Shown here: in pieces, positions 53,451-55,966 of the stretch
How positions within the stretch are numbered: position 1 is the stretch's first letter
Layout: each line of letters starts with the position of its first letter
Virus record (IMG/VR): IMGVR_UViG_3300042301_003333
Span: 1 to 55,966 of that record
Reading direction: 5' to 3' (one strand)
DNA from: a virus
Taxonomy: Duplodnaviria; Caudoviricetes
DNA length: 55,966 nt
The notes under the pieces: generated by a model
Told to the model about the DNA's origin: nothing
What the model saw: only the letters and a program-made list of their open reading frames with translations
The model's database searches: none
Translations under genes and position numbers: made by a program

Positions 53451-53752
53451 GGTCCGTCAAGGACTTCGCGTGGTTTATCGTGTCCGGCGTCGTCGGCCTG
53501 TGTGGCGCGCTGTGGGCGGCGCTGTCGTCGTTCGCGCGCAAGTCGTCGGCCGAGAAGGCGACGGAGAAGCTCGACGAGGCTGCGAAGGCGCACGCGGCGG
53601 GCGCGGCGCTGCGCGCAAAGGTGGCAGAGGCCGTCGCGGCGAAGGCTCAGGCGCAGGCCGAGCAGGAGAAGGCGCGTGACACCGTCGACGTGGCGAACGA
53701 CCTCATTCTGGGCGGCGGCGCTGTTGCTCGCGTCGACGGCGGCGAGGGCTGA
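53447..53752 (+). CDS. i-spanin-like protein
   Basis: N-terminal TM (FAWFIVSGVVGLCGALW) and Ala/Lys/Glu coiled coil; overlapped by the next gene. Confidence 0.55.
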   Translation: MRSVKDFAWFIVSGVVGLCGALWAALSSFARKSSAEKATEKLDEAAKAHAAGAALRAKVAEAVAAKAQAQAEQEKARDTVDVANDLILGGGAVARVDGGEG

Positions 53753-54113
53753 CGAGAAGCCCTGCCGTCGAAACGACGACGGCTCGGTGACCTGTTCCGA
53801 GGTCGGGCTCAAGGCGCTGACCGACGCGGTACTCGACGCTCGAGCGCAGAGCGTCGCACTCACGTCGAAGCTCAACGCGGCGCAGGTCGACAAGACCGAG
53901 TTGCGGCACATGCTCGACGTCTGCCGTGCGGACCTCAAAGCCGTGCCGCCGCCTCCCGACCCGACGTGGCAGCGCGTCGGCTACTCGCTCGGCGTTGCCG
54001 GCGGCGCGATGCTTGCGAGCGTGCCCTGGGCGGAGACCGTCGACCGGCGCGCGGCCCTCGGCGGCTTTGGCGCGGCGGCCTTGGCGGCTGGCTTCCTCGT
54101 CGTGACCTGGTAG
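53676..54113 (+). CDS. Exported spanin-partner-like protein (signal peptide, coiled coil, C-terminal hydrophobic hairpin)
   Basis: AGGAG RBS before GTG 53676; FWAAALLLASTAARA-DEK; PPPPDP; two Gly/Ala-rich hydrophobic segments. Confidence 0.55.
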   Translation: MTPSTWRTTSFWAAALLLASTAARADEKPCRRNDDGSVTCSEVGLKALTDAVLDARAQSVALTSKLNAAQVDKTELRHMLDVCRADLKAVPPPPDPTWQRVGYSLGVAGGAMLASVPWAETVDRRAALGGFGAAALAAGFLVVTW

Positions 54114-54478
54114 CCGACGTCCTTTGGCGAGCGTCGGTCCCAGAGAAGCAGCAGCAGACCGAGGAGCTCGAGCGGCATCATCGCTGTCGCCTCCTCCTGG
54201 TCGTCGCGGCAGATGGCGACGGGCCAGCAGTCGGCACCGGAGCGCACGATGGCGTCTCGGGCCTGTCGCAGCGCGGCGCGAGAGTCAGTCTTCTTCCCGC
54301 GCTTGAGTTCAAGCCACAACGGCCACCCGCCGGGCGTAAGGACGTCGGGCTCCTCGGCGGTCCCGCCTCGAGGCTGCGAGAGGCCGCGCTTCGCCTCGAT
54401 GCCGACCGTCTCGCGCAGCCACGCGGCGATCTCGCGCTCGAATCCGTGACCCTTCGTCCTGCTCGCTCGTCCGCCCAT
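53981..54478 (-). CDS. PD-(D/E)xK nuclease, Holliday junction resolvase-like
   Basis: MGGRASRTKGHGFEREIA...EPDV...LELKRGK. Confidence 0.8.
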   Translation of the reverse strand: MGGRASRTKGHGFEREIAAWLRETVGIEAKRGLSQPRGGTAEEPDVLTPGGWPLWLELKRGKKTDSRAALRQARDAIVRSGADCWPVAICRDDQEEATAMMPLELLGLLLLLWDRRSPKDVGYQVTTRKPAAKAAAPKPPRAARRSTVSAQGTLASIAPPATPSE

Positions 54479-54506
54479 TCGCGCACCTTCGCACCGCGCG
54501 TTGCCG

Positions 54507-54535
54507 TTGTCACGCGGTAGCGTTTCGCGTACCGT
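54507..54535 (+). promoter_or_regulatory. Possible sigma70-type promoter for the helicase
   Basis: TTGTCA-17 nt-TACCGT in the divergent gap. Confidence 0.35.
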
Positions 54536-54553
54536 GCGCGTCTTCCGACAGGG

Positions 54554-55924
54554 GTGCGCGTGCAGGTCGAGTTCCGCAACGTCTCGTGCCGCATCGTTCG
54601 CGCGGACGACTACGAGCGCGACTGGCTGCGGCACCTCCTGACGTTCCGCGCGGTCGGGGCAACGGGCGTCGAGCGGCCGATGTGCCTGCTCGACGAGACC
54701 GCCGGCGAGTTCCCGTCGGGCTTCCTGCCCATCGTCCAGTCGCGCGCGTCGAAGGAGCTCCGCACGCTCGATGTCCTCGATCTTCGCCCAACCTCGCCGG
54801 CGCGCGACGAGAGCGTGGACGTGTCGTGGCTGCGCGACTACCAGCAAGCGGCGCTCGAGGCCGTCTGCGCGCGCGAGCGGGGCATCCTCTGGCTCCCGAC
54901 GGCTGCGGGGAAGACCGCGACCGCCTCGAGCATCGTCGCCTCGTTTCCGCAGTCGCGCTGGTTGTTCCTCGTCCACCGGCTCTCGTTGCTGAACCAGACG
55001 GCCGAGAGCTTCCGCAAGTTCACGAGCGAGACCGCCGGCAAGGTCGGCGAGAGCGGGTGGCGGCCGCGCCGGTTCACCGTCGCGACTTTCCAGACGCTCG
55101 CCGCCCGGCTGGCACACGGGGACATCGAGGCGCGGGCGCTGCTCGAGTCGGTCGACGGCGTCATCGTCGACGAGGCGCACGCTCTCGCGGCGTCGACCTT
55201 CACGACGGTGATGAGCGTCGCGACGAACGCCCGCTACCGCATCGGCCTGTCGGGCACGCCGCTCGCTCGAGGCGACCGGAAGTCCTCGCTCGTCGTCGGC
55301 GCGACCGGCCCGGTCATCTACCGCATGCGCCCCGAGGTGCTCGTCGAGCGCGAGGTGCTGGCGCGGCCGACCATTCTCATGGCCGACTGCTGGCAGGACG
55401 AGCTCGATGATGCGACGTGGCCGACGGTCTATGACCGGCTCGTCGTTCACTCGGCGAGGCGAAACGCGCTCGTCGTCGAGGCCGTGCGGCGCTCCGAGAA
55501 GCCCGCGCTCGTCTTTGTACAGGCGGTCGAGCACGGACAGGTGCTCATGCGCGCCTTCGCTCGCGTCGGCATCCGGGCGGGCTACGTCCACGGGGCGCAC
55601 ACGACCGAGCAGCGAGAGGCCGCCATCGCGCAGCTCGTCGAGGGTCGCATCGACGTCCTTGTCTGCTCGGTGATCTTTCAAGAGGGGGTGGACGTCCCGG
55701 CGCTGCGAAGCGTGGTCATTGCGGCCGGCGGACAGTCGACCATCGCGGCCATTCAGCGCGTCGGGCGCGGGCTGCGAAAGAGTGAGGGGAAGACCTCCTG
55801 CACGGTGTGGGAGGTCAACGACCGAGGCCAGCGGTGGCTCGAGGCGCACGCGCGCGCTCGACGCCTCGCCTATCAGGCCGAGGGCTACGAGGTGCGCGTG
55901 GAGCACCTGGGAGAGACGGAATGA
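54554..55924 (+). CDS. Superfamily 2 DExH helicase
   Basis: LRDYQ, PTAAGKT, VDEAH, LSGTP, EGVDVP, QRVGRGLR. Confidence 0.92.
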   Translation: MRVQVEFRNVSCRIVRADDYERDWLRHLLTFRAVGATGVERPMCLLDETAGEFPSGFLPIVQSRASKELRTLDVLDLRPTSPARDESVDVSWLRDYQQAALEAVCARERGILWLPTAAGKTATASSIVASFPQSRWLFLVHRLSLLNQTAESFRKFTSETAGKVGESGWRPRRFTVATFQTLAARLAHGDIEARALLESVDGVIVDEAHALAASTFTTVMSVATNARYRIGLSGTPLARGDRKSSLVVGATGPVIYRMRPEVLVEREVLARPTILMADCWQDELDDATWPTVYDRLVVHSARRNALVVEAVRRSEKPALVFVQAVEHGQVLMRAFARVGIRAGYVHGAHTTEQREAAIAQLVEGRIDVLVCSVIFQEGVDVPALRSVVIAAGGQSTIAAIQRVGRGLRKSEGKTSCTVWEVNDRGQRWLEAHARARRLAYQAEGYEVRVEHLGETE

Positions 55925-55966
55925 CGAGGGTTCGCACAGAGGAACTGCAGGAGGCGCTCGACCTCG
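55921..55966 (+). CDS. Start of the next gene, truncated by the window
   Basis: ATGA-coupled with GGAG RBS; MTRVRTEELQEALDL. Confidence 0.5.
   Translation, partial: MTRVRTEELQEALDL

Noticed and set aside
1-55966. Integrase, att site or host flank; contractile injection system instead of a phage
   Set aside because: No integrase or host genes are visible; terminase, portal and capsid genes show a genuine phage

Overview
The window is one continuous, very GC-rich (about 70% by eye, not computed) tailed-phage genome or prophage segment of myovirus type. No integrase, att site, tRNA, rRNA or CRISPR array is visible, and the host cannot be assigned from the sequence. Layout: a leftward early operon (1-2903: C5 cytosine methyltransferase, small genes, Gly-rich repeat protein, XRE regulator); a divergent replication operon (3030-6084); packaging and head genes (6969-23808) interleaved with nucleotide/DNA-modifying genes; neck, contractile tail and baseplate genes (24250-39143); a large fibre/adhesin cluster (39154-52637); a holin/spanin-like cluster without a visible endolysin; a Holliday-junction-resolvase-like nuclease; and an SF2 helicase. 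The most unusual observations are: (1) a ~410-nt almost fully base-paired non-coding element after the major capsid gene, a candidate large phage ncRNA; (2) a large terminase with two tandem ATPase domains, the first degenerate; (3) a C5 methyltransferase encoded in two overlapping frames joined at a G10 tract, with a G8 tract in the second methyltransferase; (4) a tandem array of tiny head-region proteins sharing a C-terminal KPF(KG) motif that also occurs in the scaffold. All functional calls come from motif recognition and gene order; no database searches were run.
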